A stretch of 64,000 nucleotides of DNA from Minisyncoccia bacterium (lineage in GTDB: Bacteria; Patescibacteriota; Minisyncoccia; Phycocordibacterales; UBA9973): NCBI GenBank assembly GCA_038249055.1, contig JBBRWS010000003.1, positions 24,374 to 88,373 on the forward strand. Reading direction: 5' to 3'. Positions 19,771 to 28,952 of the stretch are shown in pieces (the stretch's first letter is position 1; each line of letters begins with the position of its first letter). Below the pieces are notes generated by a model that ran no database searches, was not told the DNA's origin, and saw nothing but the letters and a program-made list of their open reading frames with translations. Made by a program: the position numbers and the translations under genes.

Positions 19771-19968
19771 TTATGCACGTGATACTTTTGTTGCAGCTGG
19801 TCCTTTTTCAGTGTCAACTAGTTCAAAAGTGACTGTGTCACCTGTTTGAAGTTCGTCAAATGTAACACCAACTAGTTCCTTAGAATGAAAGAAAAGGTCT
19901 TTAGCTTCGCCTTCGCGAGAGATAAATCCAAATCCTTTATCTGTAAGAGTCTTGATTGTTCCTGTCAT
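19771..19968 (-). CDS. csp: Cold-shock protein (CspA family)
   Basis: MTGTIKTLTDKGFGFISREGEAKDLFFH... RNP1/RNP2 motifs. Confidence 0.9.
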   Translation of the reverse strand: MTGTIKTLTDKGFGFISREGEAKDLFFHSKELVGVTFDELQTGDTVTFELVDTEKGPAATKVSRA

Positions 19969-20120
19969 ATGATTTTTTTGATTATTTTTGATTGAAACTT
20001 CGACGTGGTTTCTAGTGCCTTAACACAATTACAGTATAACACACTTTTTAAATAAATACATGTATTAACAACAAAGGATAATTTAATATAAAAATACTTA
20101 TATTTTATAATATAAACTAT

Positions 20121-20390
20121 TTATTTTTTAACCTCCATAAATCTCCTCCATTCATCTGCTACATCTGGTGATAATCTATCTAATTCTGTTAATATTATAT
20201 TTCTAATTTCAGACGATAAAATTTTATCTTTCTCTTCTACAAAATCTATTACCTTACTAGAAACTTCATTTACAATTTTATTTATTTCTTCTGGTTCCAA
20301 CTTTGCATCTTGTGCTGCTCTTGTTATTGATCTTATAATTTTTTTAGTATCAAATGGCATTTTTGTACCATTACTTTTTATAACTTGCAT
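20121..20390 (-). CDS. Stand-alone ATP-cone domain protein
   Basis: MQVIKSNGTKMPFDTKKIIRSITRA... matches ATP-cone (NrdR/NrdD N-terminal regulatory domain) pattern; no zinc ribbon. Confidence 0.6.
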   Translation of the reverse strand: MQVIKSNGTKMPFDTKKIIRSITRAAQDAKLEPEEINKIVNEVSSKVIDFVEEKDKILSSEIRNIILTELDRLSPDVADEWRRFMEVKK

Positions 20391-20718
20391 ATATACAAAA
20401 TTATTTAATTAATATTTATATAAGTTATAATCATAACGACTAATAATGATTATGACAATATATTTGAATAATCAAAAAAACCGAAACCAATAATTGGTTA
20501 CGGGTCTCTAGGACCTCTAGTTCTTTACTATTCACATTATATAATAATACTTAATTTACACAACAAGTTATTCACAATAAATAAATTATGAACATAACAT
20601 GATAATTATTTATGTTAAAATTAATATCAACGCCATGAAAAATAATTTAATTATAATTTTAATAATTTTATTTATAATACTAATAGGTATAGTAGTATTA
20701 TAAATAAAAAATAATAAT

Positions 20719-21174
20719 ATGAATGATAAAAATAAATTAGAGATAATAAGTGATTCTTTTAAAAATAATCAATATATACCATTAAAATATAGCTGTAATG
20801 GAGATAACATAAATCCCCCACTTTCTATACTCAACATTCCAAAAGAAACAAAATCAATGGCTCTAATTGTTGATGATCCCGATGCTCCTAGTGGAAATTG
20901 GGTTCACTGGATTCTATGGAATATATCTCCCATAACTTCAAAAATTGAAGAAAATATAATACCCATGAATTCCGTTCAAGGTTTAAATGATTCAAACAAT
21001 AACAAATATGATGGTCCATGTCCTCCGTCCGGAACACATAGATATTTTTTCAAATTATATGCCTTAGATTTTACTCTTAATTTAAATAAAGGTAGCAGAA
21101 AAAGTGATTTAGAAAATGCGATAAAAGGACACATTCTTGCTCAAGCAGAACTGATTGGATTATATTCTAAATAA
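20719..21174 (+). CDS. YbhB/YbcL family PEBP (Raf kinase inhibitor-like) protein
   Basis: DDPDAPSGNWVHW and HRYFFKLYALD motifs. Confidence 0.8.
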   Translation: MNDKNKLEIISDSFKNNQYIPLKYSCNGDNINPPLSILNIPKETKSMALIVDDPDAPSGNWVHWILWNISPITSKIEENIIPMNSVQGLNDSNNNKYDGPCPPSGTHRYFFKLYALDFTLNLNKGSRKSDLENAIKGHILAQAELIGLYSK

Positions 21175-21244
21175 ACTTATTTACCTTATATAAATCAAAT
21201 AAAAAAAATATAAAACTGGATGAAGACTACAACTTACTTTGAGT

Positions 21245-22420
21245 TTAAACTATAGTTTTCCATGGTTTCAGATAAATGAAAACACATAATGCAATAAAAG
21301 CTATAATTGTTGCAAAAATAAAAGTATACATGGGATTGAAAATCCAAAGAAAACCCGCAATGGCTGAAGCCGGAAGATAAATTAAGCCAGTTACAAAATT
21401 ATAAGTTCCTATAGCAGTAGCTCGTCTATCTTTTTCTAAGTCAGCAATAAATGCTTTATTTTGAGCCTCATCTATACTGTAAAAAATTCCAAATAATATA
21501 AATAATACTATTATTTCCCATTTTTCTGATGCAAAAATAAAACCTACAGACATAATTATATAAGTTATGTAACCTAAGGAAATAATATACTTTCTTCCGA
21601 TTATATCTCCCAATTTACCTACAGGTATAGAAATTATTACAAATGAAATATTAAAAAGTGCATACAAAAGAACTACATCCTTAATAGCAAAACCAACATC
21701 ATAAGCTCTAAGTAGCAGAAATCCAAAACTAAAATAAGCTAAAGAGAAAATACCCGCTGGAATTAAATAAATTTTAAAACGTGAATTCAAAGTTCCCCAT
21801 GCTTTGAAAATATTTTCTCTTTCATGCGGAGTACCAGGACGATCTTTCATTGTTGCTAAAATAATAACTGAAAGAACAGCACCCAAAATAGATACAATAA
21901 AAATAATGCGAAAAGTATTCATGCCTTGTCCCAACCAAAGAATTAAAAAATATGCAATAAAGGGTCCAATAATTGCCCCTGCTTTATCCATAGCTTTATG
22001 TACTCCGAATGCATACCCTCTATTTGATTCTTCTGCTACGTCAGATAACCATGCATCACGTGGTGGACCACGAAAACTTTTTCCAAGTCTCTCAATAATT
22101 CTAAAAGAAGCAAGGATAACAACAGAGTTACCAACTAATAACATTATTTTTGCTAAAGTAGAAAAACCATAACCAGTTATTGCTAAACGTTTTCTTTTCC
22201 CTGATTTATCTGATAGCCATCCTGTAAAATAATCTAATGATGATGCTGAAAAATCAGAAATACCTTCTATTAAACCGAGTAGCGAAGCAGAAGCACCGAC
22301 AACAACAGTGAAAAAAATTGAAAAAACTGAGAAAATTGCTTCCGAACTAATATCAGTTAAAAAACTAACAAAACCTAATTTTAAAACGTCAGGGTGTACA
22401 TTTAAAAATTTTTTTTCCAT
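21245..22420 (-). CDS. MFS transporter
   Basis: 391 aa, 12 TM, MFS loop motifs (GxLxDRxGRR-like GWLSDKSGKRKRL). Confidence 0.8.
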   Translation of the reverse strand: MEKKFLNVHPDVLKLGFVSFLTDISSEAIFSVFSIFFTVVVGASASLLGLIEGISDFSASSLDYFTGWLSDKSGKRKRLAITGYGFSTLAKIMLLVGNSVVILASFRIIERLGKSFRGPPRDAWLSDVAEESNRGYAFGVHKAMDKAGAIIGPFIAYFLILWLGQGMNTFRIIFIVSILGAVLSVIILATMKDRPGTPHERENIFKAWGTLNSRFKIYLIPAGIFSLAYFSFGFLLLRAYDVGFAIKDVVLLYALFNISFVIISIPVGKLGDIIGRKYIISLGYITYIIMSVGFIFASEKWEIIVLFILFGIFYSIDEAQNKAFIADLEKDRRATAIGTYNFVTGLIYLPASAIAGFLWIFNPMYTFIFATIIAFIALCVFIYLKPWKTIV

Positions 22421-22455
22421 TTGCTACAATTTAATATAATTATAATGAGTTAACC

Positions 22456-23310
22456 TTACTGTTTTTTTAAGTGACCATAACGTCTTGAATATACATAAGT
22501 CAAAGATGCTCCAAACAGGAAAATTTGAACGGAATAATAAACCCACAAAAGAAGAACCACAAAAGCTCCAGCAGCTCCAAAAAGTGAAGTAGCAGCCAGG
22601 TGTACTATGTAAATACCTATAATAAATTTTCCTAAAATAAACAAAGAAGTAGTTACAAGCGCACCACGAACAAGTTCTCTCCAGGGTAATCTTCTTTTTG
22701 GTAAAAAGCGATATATAAAAGTGACAAGAAAATTTAAAACAAAAAATGAAAATACAAATGAAATAATTTGGAATAAAAAGGTGACCTCAGAAAAAATAGG
22801 TATAAATTCTGAAATTAATGTAAGTATCGCACTGAAAACAATTGAAATTATTAATAAAAAACCAAGAATAGGAATCATTGAAAGAGAAAGAAGATGTGAG
22901 GTTACAAAATATTTCCAACCTTTTGTTTCGTCTCCTGATTGATTTGTATCCCAAAGATCATCTAACGAATTCTTTAGTTCATAGAAAACACCCAATGTTC
23001 CTATAATAAGAGTTCCAATACTAATTGTAATTGCTAAAAAATTAAATTTAGCCTCACTAATTCCAATGAGGATTGATCGAATAAACTCAGCACTTTCAGC
23101 ATTTACTAATGTTCTAATTTGCCCAACAATAGCAGTTTGAATGTAATTATGCCCAAGAAATGGACCAATAATAACTAACATAAGCATTAGCAATGGAACA
23201 ATAGAAAAAATGGTATAAAATGAAAGTGCAGCTCCCATGCGAGTAGCACGATGATTTTGCCAATGAATAAATGATGTTTTAATAACTGAAATTATTGATT
23301 TTACTTGCAT
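22456..23310 (-). CDS. YihY/BrkB family membrane protein
   Basis: N-terminal ...RMGAALSFYTIFSIVPLL... YihY signature, 6 TM. Confidence 0.8.
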   Translation of the reverse strand: MQVKSIISVIKTSFIHWQNHRATRMGAALSFYTIFSIVPLLMLMLVIIGPFLGHNYIQTAIVGQIRTLVNAESAEFIRSILIGISEAKFNFLAITISIGTLIIGTLGVFYELKNSLDDLWDTNQSGDETKGWKYFVTSHLLSLSMIPILGFLLIISIVFSAILTLISEFIPIFSEVTFLFQIISFVFSFFVLNFLVTFIYRFLPKRRLPWRELVRGALVTTSLFILGKFIIGIYIVHLAATSLFGAAGAFVVLLLWVYYSVQIFLFGASLTYVYSRRYGHLKKQ

Positions 23311-23595
23311 ATTAATTGATTTCTATACGATAATTTTTATATAAACAGTTAAACTATACTTACCCTTCTATTTTAACACAAATTAATTATTTTACTCATC
23401 ACAGAATAATCATTTAAAACTATATTCGTACAATAGAAACAGCAAAACCTTTCATAAAGAAATTTTCAAAATACTTTATAAGGATTTTGAAAATAAATAA
23501 AACATTCAACTTTATTTTTATATAAAATTTAATTATTTGACAAAATATATTTTTTGTTTTCTTTTTATAAAAAGTGTATAACTTTATTGCAAGAC

Positions 23596-23758
23596 TTTTT
23601 TGGTGGATATAAAATTAACATGAGGTTCAGAAGCATAGTGGTGGTACCGCAAGGGATAGCCAAATGGCTGTACCGTAAGGGAATGTCGTTAAATAGTAGA
23701 ATATTAGTAGGGCTTCTGGATCTCATAAAAATAACCACGTTTATCGCGGTTATTTTTA
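23596..23758 (+). ncRNA. Candidate small structured RNA (unclassified) in 470-bp intergenic region, ending at a hairpin plus T-run
   Basis: GC-richer segment with duplicated GTACCGYAAGGGA (GNRA-type GCAA/GTAA loops), AGCCAAATGGCT hairpin, terminator-like AACCACGTTTATCGCGGTT + TTTTTATTTT; overlapping 90-aa ORF looks spurious. Confidence 0.25.
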
Positions 23759-23779
23759 TTTTAGTTATTATTTTAAAAA

Positions 23780-24040
23780 TTAAAAAAATACTTCTATCGC
23801 TCCTTCTCCCCCATCTTCAAGTTTAGATTGATTATAATGAATATTTCGAGTATTAAGATAATTCCGAACAAAATTGGGTAATACTGGGCCATTCGTACTG
23901 TTATTACCCTTATCTACTATTATCTGAACATGTCTATACTTATTTCCAATAACTAAAGAATTTAAAATAATTTCAGTTTCATTGGTAGTATATCCATGTA
24001 AATCTATTTCTCTTTCGGCATTTTGTTTATATTTATTCAC
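23780..24040 (-). CDS. Smr domain protein
   Basis: EIDLHGYTTNETE...IIVDKG...GPVL pattern of Smr domain. Confidence 0.65.
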   Translation of the reverse strand: MNKYKQNAEREIDLHGYTTNETEIILNSLVIGNKYRHVQIIVDKGNNSTNGPVLPNFVRNYLNTRNIHYNQSKLEDGGEGAIEVFF

Positions 24041-24046
24041 AATATA

Positions 24047-24613
24047 TTAAACTTCAAAAGATTCAAGCGTCTTCATTAAAGCTGAGACGGGAAGACCTAT
24101 AATCCCATCGTAATCCCCACTCATATTTATAACAAATGTTTCTTTAATAGTTTGAATAGCATAAGCTCCCGCTCTTGTAAGAGGTTCCCCTGTCTCCACA
24201 TACTCGTCTATCTCTTTGTCGGATAAATCTTTAAACTTTATTTTTGCCTCAGCTACTTCTGAAATTATTTTTTTACTCTTTGTATCTATAACTGTATAAC
24301 CTGATAAAACAGTATGTTCATTACCACTAAGAATCCTGAGCATTTCTTTCGCACGCTCTCTAGTGTGTGGCTTACCGAGAACTAATCCATTAAAAGATAT
24401 GAAAGTGTCACCACTTATAATAATGGCATCTTCATAATACTGTGCTACACTTTCTGCCTTCCCTTTTGATAAAAATTTTACAAGCTCATCTGGTGGCATA
24501 GGCAATGTCATATCTTCTTCATAATTACTAGCAACCGCCTCAAAGGAAAGGCCTGTTTTAGCCAATAATTCTTTTCTTCTTGGTGATGTTGATGCAAGTA
24601 TAATTTTTCTCAT
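24047..24613 (-). CDS. maf: Maf-like nucleoside triphosphate pyrophosphatase
   Basis: MRKIILASTSPRRKELL N-terminus, Maf fold pattern. Confidence 0.85.
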   Translation of the reverse strand: MRKIILASTSPRRKELLAKTGLSFEAVASNYEEDMTLPMPPDELVKFLSKGKAESVAQYYEDAIIISGDTFISFNGLVLGKPHTRERAKEMLRILSGNEHTVLSGYTVIDTKSKKIISEVAEAKIKFKDLSDKEIDEYVETGEPLTRAGAYAIQTIKETFVINMSGDYDGIIGLPVSALMKTLESFEV

Positions 24614-24630
24614 TTTTAGATTATATCATA

Positions 24631-24670
24631 AAAAAACAGCACTTCTGGGGGGAAGTGCTGTTAGTATTTT
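24631..24670 (-). terminator. Terminator of the Cys-rich small protein gene
   Basis: AACAGCACTTC-loop-GAAGTGCTGTT with A-run (T-run in minus sense). Confidence 0.6.
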
Positions 24671-24751
24671 ATGATCCTTTCGGTTCATTTTATATGTTTC
24701 ATTTACTAAGAGTGAAACATTTACTCTTTTCTTGAGATTAAAATAATTAAA

Positions 24752-25060
24752 TTATTTTATGAAACTCCTGTTGTGTGCATCTATTGCTTCACGAACAAGT
24801 TCAACCTCTTCATCTGCCCAAGCAGATTTTTTCAACTTATCTGTAAGCTTCTCTTTATCCAATCTATTAAATGAGGATAAACATTGGCCACAAACAACAA
24901 CGCCTTTCATCATGGTACCTTTTTCATATACAACTGGAGATTTCGTATAGATTAACGAATCCTTTTCCCTGTAAAGAAAACTGCATTCACAATTTGTGCA
25001 TCTTCCATACTCAAGAATGCTTCCCAAAATATTACCGAAAAAATTCAAAATTTTTTTCAT
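24752..25060 (-). CDS. Small Cys-rich (CxxC...CxxC) hypothetical protein, possible zinc ribbon
   Basis: ORF 24752-25111; start moved to second Met (MKKILNFF) to avoid overlap with upstream gene; CTNCEC and CGQC pairs. Confidence 0.45.
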   Translation of the reverse strand: MKKILNFFGNILGSILEYGRCTNCECSFLYREKDSLIYTKSPVVYEKGTMMKGVVVCGQCLSSFNRLDKEKLTDKLKKSAWADEEVELVREAIDAHNRSFIK

Positions 25061-25071
25061 CTTCAAATTTA

Positions 25072-26151
25072 TTAATTTTTCAAAATTTCCATAGCCTTTT
25101 CTACACAGCAATTATTATAAATTGCTTTTCTCTCAGGGATAGGAGAAAGAGATGCAATTGAACCCGTAATCAACACAGAAAGTGCTGACAGATTTAAATA
25201 TTCAGCATCTGTAGGTACTTCACCGAGAGTTGCTTTAACTAATTCCAATTTATCAATACAGCACAAAGTGTTCTGTATTTTTGAAAAAGGAATCGGCTCA
25301 CCGCAATACATATCACCTTGTCCAACCCTTAAGTTTTGCAAGAAGTTATCAAGCTCATTTGTACCTGGTACATTTGGAAAGATTGTTTCCCCGCCATTTA
25401 CGTACATAGGTAAAACATATAATTCCTTTTTGGATGCCATTTGCATAAGGCAAGGCAACCTTGAAACGATAGGTTCTGGAACTCCCATCTGAATAGAACG
25501 GTTCTTTTCTGGAAACAAATAAATCATTTTGCTTCCAACCTTAACGTCACTACATAAAGATCTGAGAGTAATTTGATTTTGCATTCTCATTTGTTTAACC
25601 GCACATTCACACCCACTATCCTTCATTTTTTGAATATGTTTCGGTTGAAAAACCGGATACTTATCAAAACCCGAAGTAACAATATTTGCAATTCTAGCGT
25701 ATTCAAACACCTGACTTGCAATAAACGATGGTGTAAAAGAGTTCGGTCGAATTTCAGAGGTTAATTCTTCTGAAATCAAACAATCGAGAGCAGTCGCATG
25801 ATTCATAACAGCCAAAACATTATGACCGCTATTGATCAATTCCAACGCTTTCTGATAATTTTGTGATCCAAAAAGTTTGCACTCTTCAGCTTTTACAAAA
25901 GTACCTATGAGCCATTTTAGAACTGCCTTAGAATCATCACATGGAACATAATGCCCCGTGAAAGTATTAGGTCTCACACTTAATGCATCTAACGATTTCA
26001 ATAGAATTTCTTTTCCTTTTTGGTATCCTTTAATACCGCAATTTGAATATAATTCCACCACTTTTTCTGAAATAAATGACTCCATGTCACTTGGATGATT
26101 ACCCCATGCATTAAACTCAGGAATCAATCCCATTGGTTGAAAATTTTTCAT
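25072..26151 (-). CDS. Soluble glycerol-3-phosphate acyltransferase-like protein (plant plastidial ATS1/GPAT type)
   Basis: FGSQNY...SGHNVLAVMNHATALD (HX4D acyltransferase motif in the context GHNV-L---NH-TEAD of plastidial GPAT) and FPEKNRS (cf. FPEGTRS). Confidence 0.55.
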   Translation of the reverse strand: MKNFQPMGLIPEFNAWGNHPSDMESFISEKVVELYSNCGIKGYQKGKEILLKSLDALSVRPNTFTGHYVPCDDSKAVLKWLIGTFVKAEECKLFGSQNYQKALELINSGHNVLAVMNHATALDCLISEELTSEIRPNSFTPSFIASQVFEYARIANIVTSGFDKYPVFQPKHIQKMKDSGCECAVKQMRMQNQITLRSLCSDVKVGSKMIYLFPEKNRSIQMGVPEPIVSRLPCLMQMASKKELYVLPMYVNGGETIFPNVPGTNELDNFLQNLRVGQGDMYCGEPIPFSKIQNTLCCIDKLELVKATLGEVPTDAEYLNLSALSVLITGSIASLSPIPERKAIYNNCCVEKAMEILKN

Positions 26152-26164
26152 AATTTAGGTTTTA

Positions 26165-26305
26165 GTTTAATTTAAGTTTTGTTTGAATTACCTTACACTC
26201 CATTTAGAAATACAAGGTAATTCAAACAAATATCAATTAATAAAACCATATTTCGAAGAACTACTACCTTTATATAATAGCATATTTATATGTTTTTGTC
26301 AATAT
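26165..26305 (-). promoter_or_regulatory. Conserved promoter + 5' leader hairpin module, copy A (upstream of GPAT-like gene)
   Basis: Minus-sense TTGACA-N17-TATTAT, then 13-bp-stem hairpin TTTGAATTACCTT...AAGGTAATTCAAA about 30 nt before ATG. Confidence 0.5.
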
Positions 26306-26377
26306 AATAAATATTAATATTTTTCTATTGTATACTGATAAATTAAGCTTTTTTACTCATAAATCAACTAAAAAATA

Positions 26378-26414
26378 AAAATAAGGTTAATCACTCTGGA
26401 TTAACCTTATTTTA
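26378..26414 (-). terminator. Terminator of amidase gene
   Basis: AAGGTTAATC-actctg-GATTAACCTT with flanking A/T runs. Confidence 0.6.
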
Positions 26415-26454
26415 AACATTCGGCAGATTTTTATATTACAAAAATCAAAATTAC

Positions 26455-27216
26455 TTATTTTTTCATAAATCTTTCAAGTGATTTTGTAATAACCAACGCG
26501 TAATCTTCCCTCACCTTTGGGTCTCTGATTCGCCATAAATCTTTCTCGTTCTTAAAATTTCCAAGTTCAAGAAGAACACATTCTCTGATTTTATTAGTAT
26601 TACTCAAAACATAAATATTTTTAACCCCTTTAGATTTATCTCCACTTGTAATAATAGAATTTACATGATTACTTAATCGATTTTTAATCTCTAATTCTTT
26701 TTTAAGACATAGAGCGAGAAAATTACTCTTCCTACCGGTAATAATACGAGCACCTGCAAATTCTTTTTTTACTACATCAAAGTGTATTGAAATATATACA
26801 ACTTTATGTTTCGGAAAATTCTTTAGCTTTAAATTTGCAAAAGCAACTCTTTTAGATAAGCCAGAACTACCGGCTTTAACATTTGAACGATCAAAAGAAA
26901 AAACCGCATTTGAAGCACATACAATCGCTTGCTGTGGGTCATTATTTATTGGTTTTAATTGATTGGTTTTTATAGTCTTAAAAACTATTGCACCTTTGCT
27001 TTTTAAAAGATTTTCCAATCTAATAGCTACGTCATAGCAGTAGGCGCTTTCGGTTACACATTGTTTATTTTTACCAAACAAACTACTTGCACCAGGGTCG
27101 CTTCCTCCATGACCAGGATCAATCACAACAACCAAACCATATAATTCTTGGCTAGGTACATTTTTAAAGCTAACTAAAGCAATAAAAATAATAACGAGAA
27201 AAAATATTTTTTTCAT
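26455..27216 (-). CDS. N-acetylmuramoyl-L-alanine amidase (Amidase_3 family), secreted
   Basis: Signal peptide; VVIDPGHGGSDPGA zinc-binding motif. Confidence 0.75.
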   Translation of the reverse strand: MKKIFFLVIIFIALVSFKNVPSQELYGLVVVIDPGHGGSDPGASSLFGKNKQCVTESAYCYDVAIRLENLLKSKGAIVFKTIKTNQLKPINNDPQQAIVCASNAVFSFDRSNVKAGSSGLSKRVAFANLKLKNFPKHKVVYISIHFDVVKKEFAGARIITGRKSNFLALCLKKELEIKNRLSNHVNSIITSGDKSKGVKNIYVLSNTNKIRECVLLELGNFKNEKDLWRIRDPKVREDYALVITKSLERFMKK

Positions 27217-27296
27217 ATTTCTCTTTTTTGTAGGTTTTCAAAATAGCGTTTTTCTTCACATTACAAGATATTTTTCATTCTGTCAATCTTTATAAC

Positions 27297-27340
27297 AAAA
27301 AAAATAAACCGTGATTCCAAACAAATGGAAACACGGTTTA
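27297..27340 (-). terminator. Terminator of FG-GAP paralog 1
   Basis: AAACCGTG...CACGGTTT hairpin, T-run in minus sense; homologous copy at 28890-28934. Confidence 0.6.
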
Positions 27341-27356
27341 CTGATTATATTAAAGG

Positions 27357-28718
27357 CTATTTTTTTATAACCTTAAGAGTTTTTCCTGAGACATTTACAA
27401 AATATATTCCAGGTTTATGAGGCAGACCAATAACTGTTTTACCAGCGTTGCATTGTGTTTTTTGTATGACCCTAGAAGTGGAGTCTATAATAGTTAACAT
27501 TTCACCTTCCTTGGTATTTTCAATGTTTAAAATATCAATACAAGGATTGGGAAAAATTTTTAATTCAGAATTATTAATTTGATTAACCGCGGTATGAATA
27601 TCACCAGTGGTATTAATCAGAACTGATAAACCTGTATAACTATTAACAGAAACAATATCTGGTTTCCCATCATTATTTACGTCCGCGACCACAATTCCAT
27701 CTGGATCATTATTATTAGGTGAATTTGTATTAAATACAGTGACAACCTTATTAATAACTACCTGTACACGACCACTTGATATCATGACAATATCATCATA
27801 GCCGTCAGAATTAAGATCACCAACGGAAAGTGCCCCGGGGTTAACCTGATTATCAATATCAAAAGAGATATCAGAGTTAGCTCCCCATACACCAATTTTT
27901 CCAGTAACTGAATAAACTAATTCCTTTCTATTATCTGAACTAATATTTCCAACTACAATTGAAGATGGATTATTTTTATCCGGAATAATGTTTAGATTGG
28001 TCAACATTTCAATGCTTCTATCTTTTCTAAATTTATAAACAGAAACATAATTAAAACCGCCTTGACCATTCATTTTTATTACCGAATTAAAACTATCAGA
28101 CCCGAGCTTTGCAATCTCAATATCATCATACCCTGATTGTGTCGAGGGATAATAATAAGGTAAGGATAGACAACCGATACTATCACAATAATATGCAACA
28201 ATATTGGGTTGATTCCATAGAGAAACTACAATGTCATTTATTCCGTCATCGTTAATATCGCCAATTTTTACAGCATCTACTGTTTTCCCGGCATAAATAT
28301 TAATAGGATGTCCTAATTTACCAACAGTATTTTGATGATAAATAATAATCTCATCACCAGCACCTAATACAACATCACTAAGTCCATCATTATTAATATC
28401 GCCTGAGCTTATAGTGCTCACATCATATTTTTGATAATAAGGATAAACAGCTGATAGCTGTAGGGTATTGCTTGAATCCTGAAGATAAATAAATAATTTA
28501 AAATTAGTATTTACACTTGGATTACTAGCATAAGAACCGGTCGCAACAGCGACGTCTATCTTACCATCGTTATTAAAATCACCTGCCGTCAGGTGATCAG
28601 CTAATGTTCCATTTATGGGATAATTTTTTACCCCTGAAAATGTAACTTGCCCGCAAGCAATGTTACCGATAGAAAGAATACCAAATACAACAACTAGAGT
28701 AATCAGAATTTGTTTCAT
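27357..28718 (-). CDS. Secreted FG-GAP/VCBS-repeat beta-propeller protein with C-terminal T9SS-type (Por secretion tail-like) sorting domain, paralog 1
   Basis: Signal peptide; repeated DxNxDGxxD(I/V)V motifs (DFNNDGKIDVAV, DINNDGLSDVV, DINDDGINDIV...); C-terminus KIFPNPCIDILNIEN...IIDSTSRVI...GIYFVNVSGKTLKVIKK. Confidence 0.7.
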   Translation of the reverse strand: MKQILITLVVVFGILSIGNIACGQVTFSGVKNYPINGTLADHLTAGDFNNDGKIDVAVATGSYASNPSVNTNFKLFIYLQDSSNTLQLSAVYPYYQKYDVSTISSGDINNDGLSDVVLGAGDEIIIYHQNTVGKLGHPINIYAGKTVDAVKIGDINDDGINDIVVSLWNQPNIVAYYCDSIGCLSLPYYYPSTQSGYDDIEIAKLGSDSFNSVIKMNGQGGFNYVSVYKFRKDRSIEMLTNLNIIPDKNNPSSIVVGNISSDNRKELVYSVTGKIGVWGANSDISFDIDNQVNPGALSVGDLNSDGYDDIVMISSGRVQVVINKVVTVFNTNSPNNNDPDGIVVADVNNDGKPDIVSVNSYTGLSVLINTTGDIHTAVNQINNSELKIFPNPCIDILNIENTKEGEMLTIIDSTSRVIQKTQCNAGKTVIGLPHKPGIYFVNVSGKTLKVIKK

Positions 28719-28734
28719 AATTTTTATTATTAAT

Positions 28735-28880
28735 TTTTAGTTTATATTTATTTGAATTACTTTAAATTTCATATAGAAATACAAAGTAATTCAAATAAAT
28801 TACTGTCTAAAAATTATTTTATCAAAGAGCTAAGACTAACTTATATAGTAGCATAAATATAGAGATTTGTCAATCTATAT
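28735..28880 (-). promoter_or_regulatory. Conserved promoter + 5' leader hairpin module, copy B
   Basis: Minus-sense TTGACA-N17-TACTAT then TTTGAATTACTTT...AAAGTAATTCAAA hairpin ~33 nt before ATG. Confidence 0.5.
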
Positions 28881-28889
28881 TCTAATTTC

Positions 28890-28934
28890 ATAAAAAAATA
28901 AACCGTTATTCCAAGCAAATGGGATAACGGTTTA
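28890..28934 (-). terminator. Terminator of FG-GAP paralog 2
   Basis: AAACCGTTAT...ATAACGGTTT hairpin. Confidence 0.6.
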
Positions 28935-28952
28935 TCAAATAAATTTTCAAAG

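Noticed and set aside
20636-20702. 22-codon hydrophobic mini-ORF MKNNLIIILIILFIILIGIVVL upstream of the PEBP gene
   Set aside because: Pure AT-rich (Ile/Leu/Asn codons) composition expected by chance in an intergenic region; no RBS or conservation evidence
23554-23826. 90-aa plus-strand ORF in the yihY-smr gap
   Set aside because: Overlaps the 3' end of the Smr gene, runs through a terminator-like hairpin, odd composition; region better explained as a non-coding or structured RNA candidate
24752-25111. Longer start for the Cys-rich small protein
   Set aside because: Would overlap the 3' end of the GPAT-like gene by 40 nt; second Met (25060) avoids this
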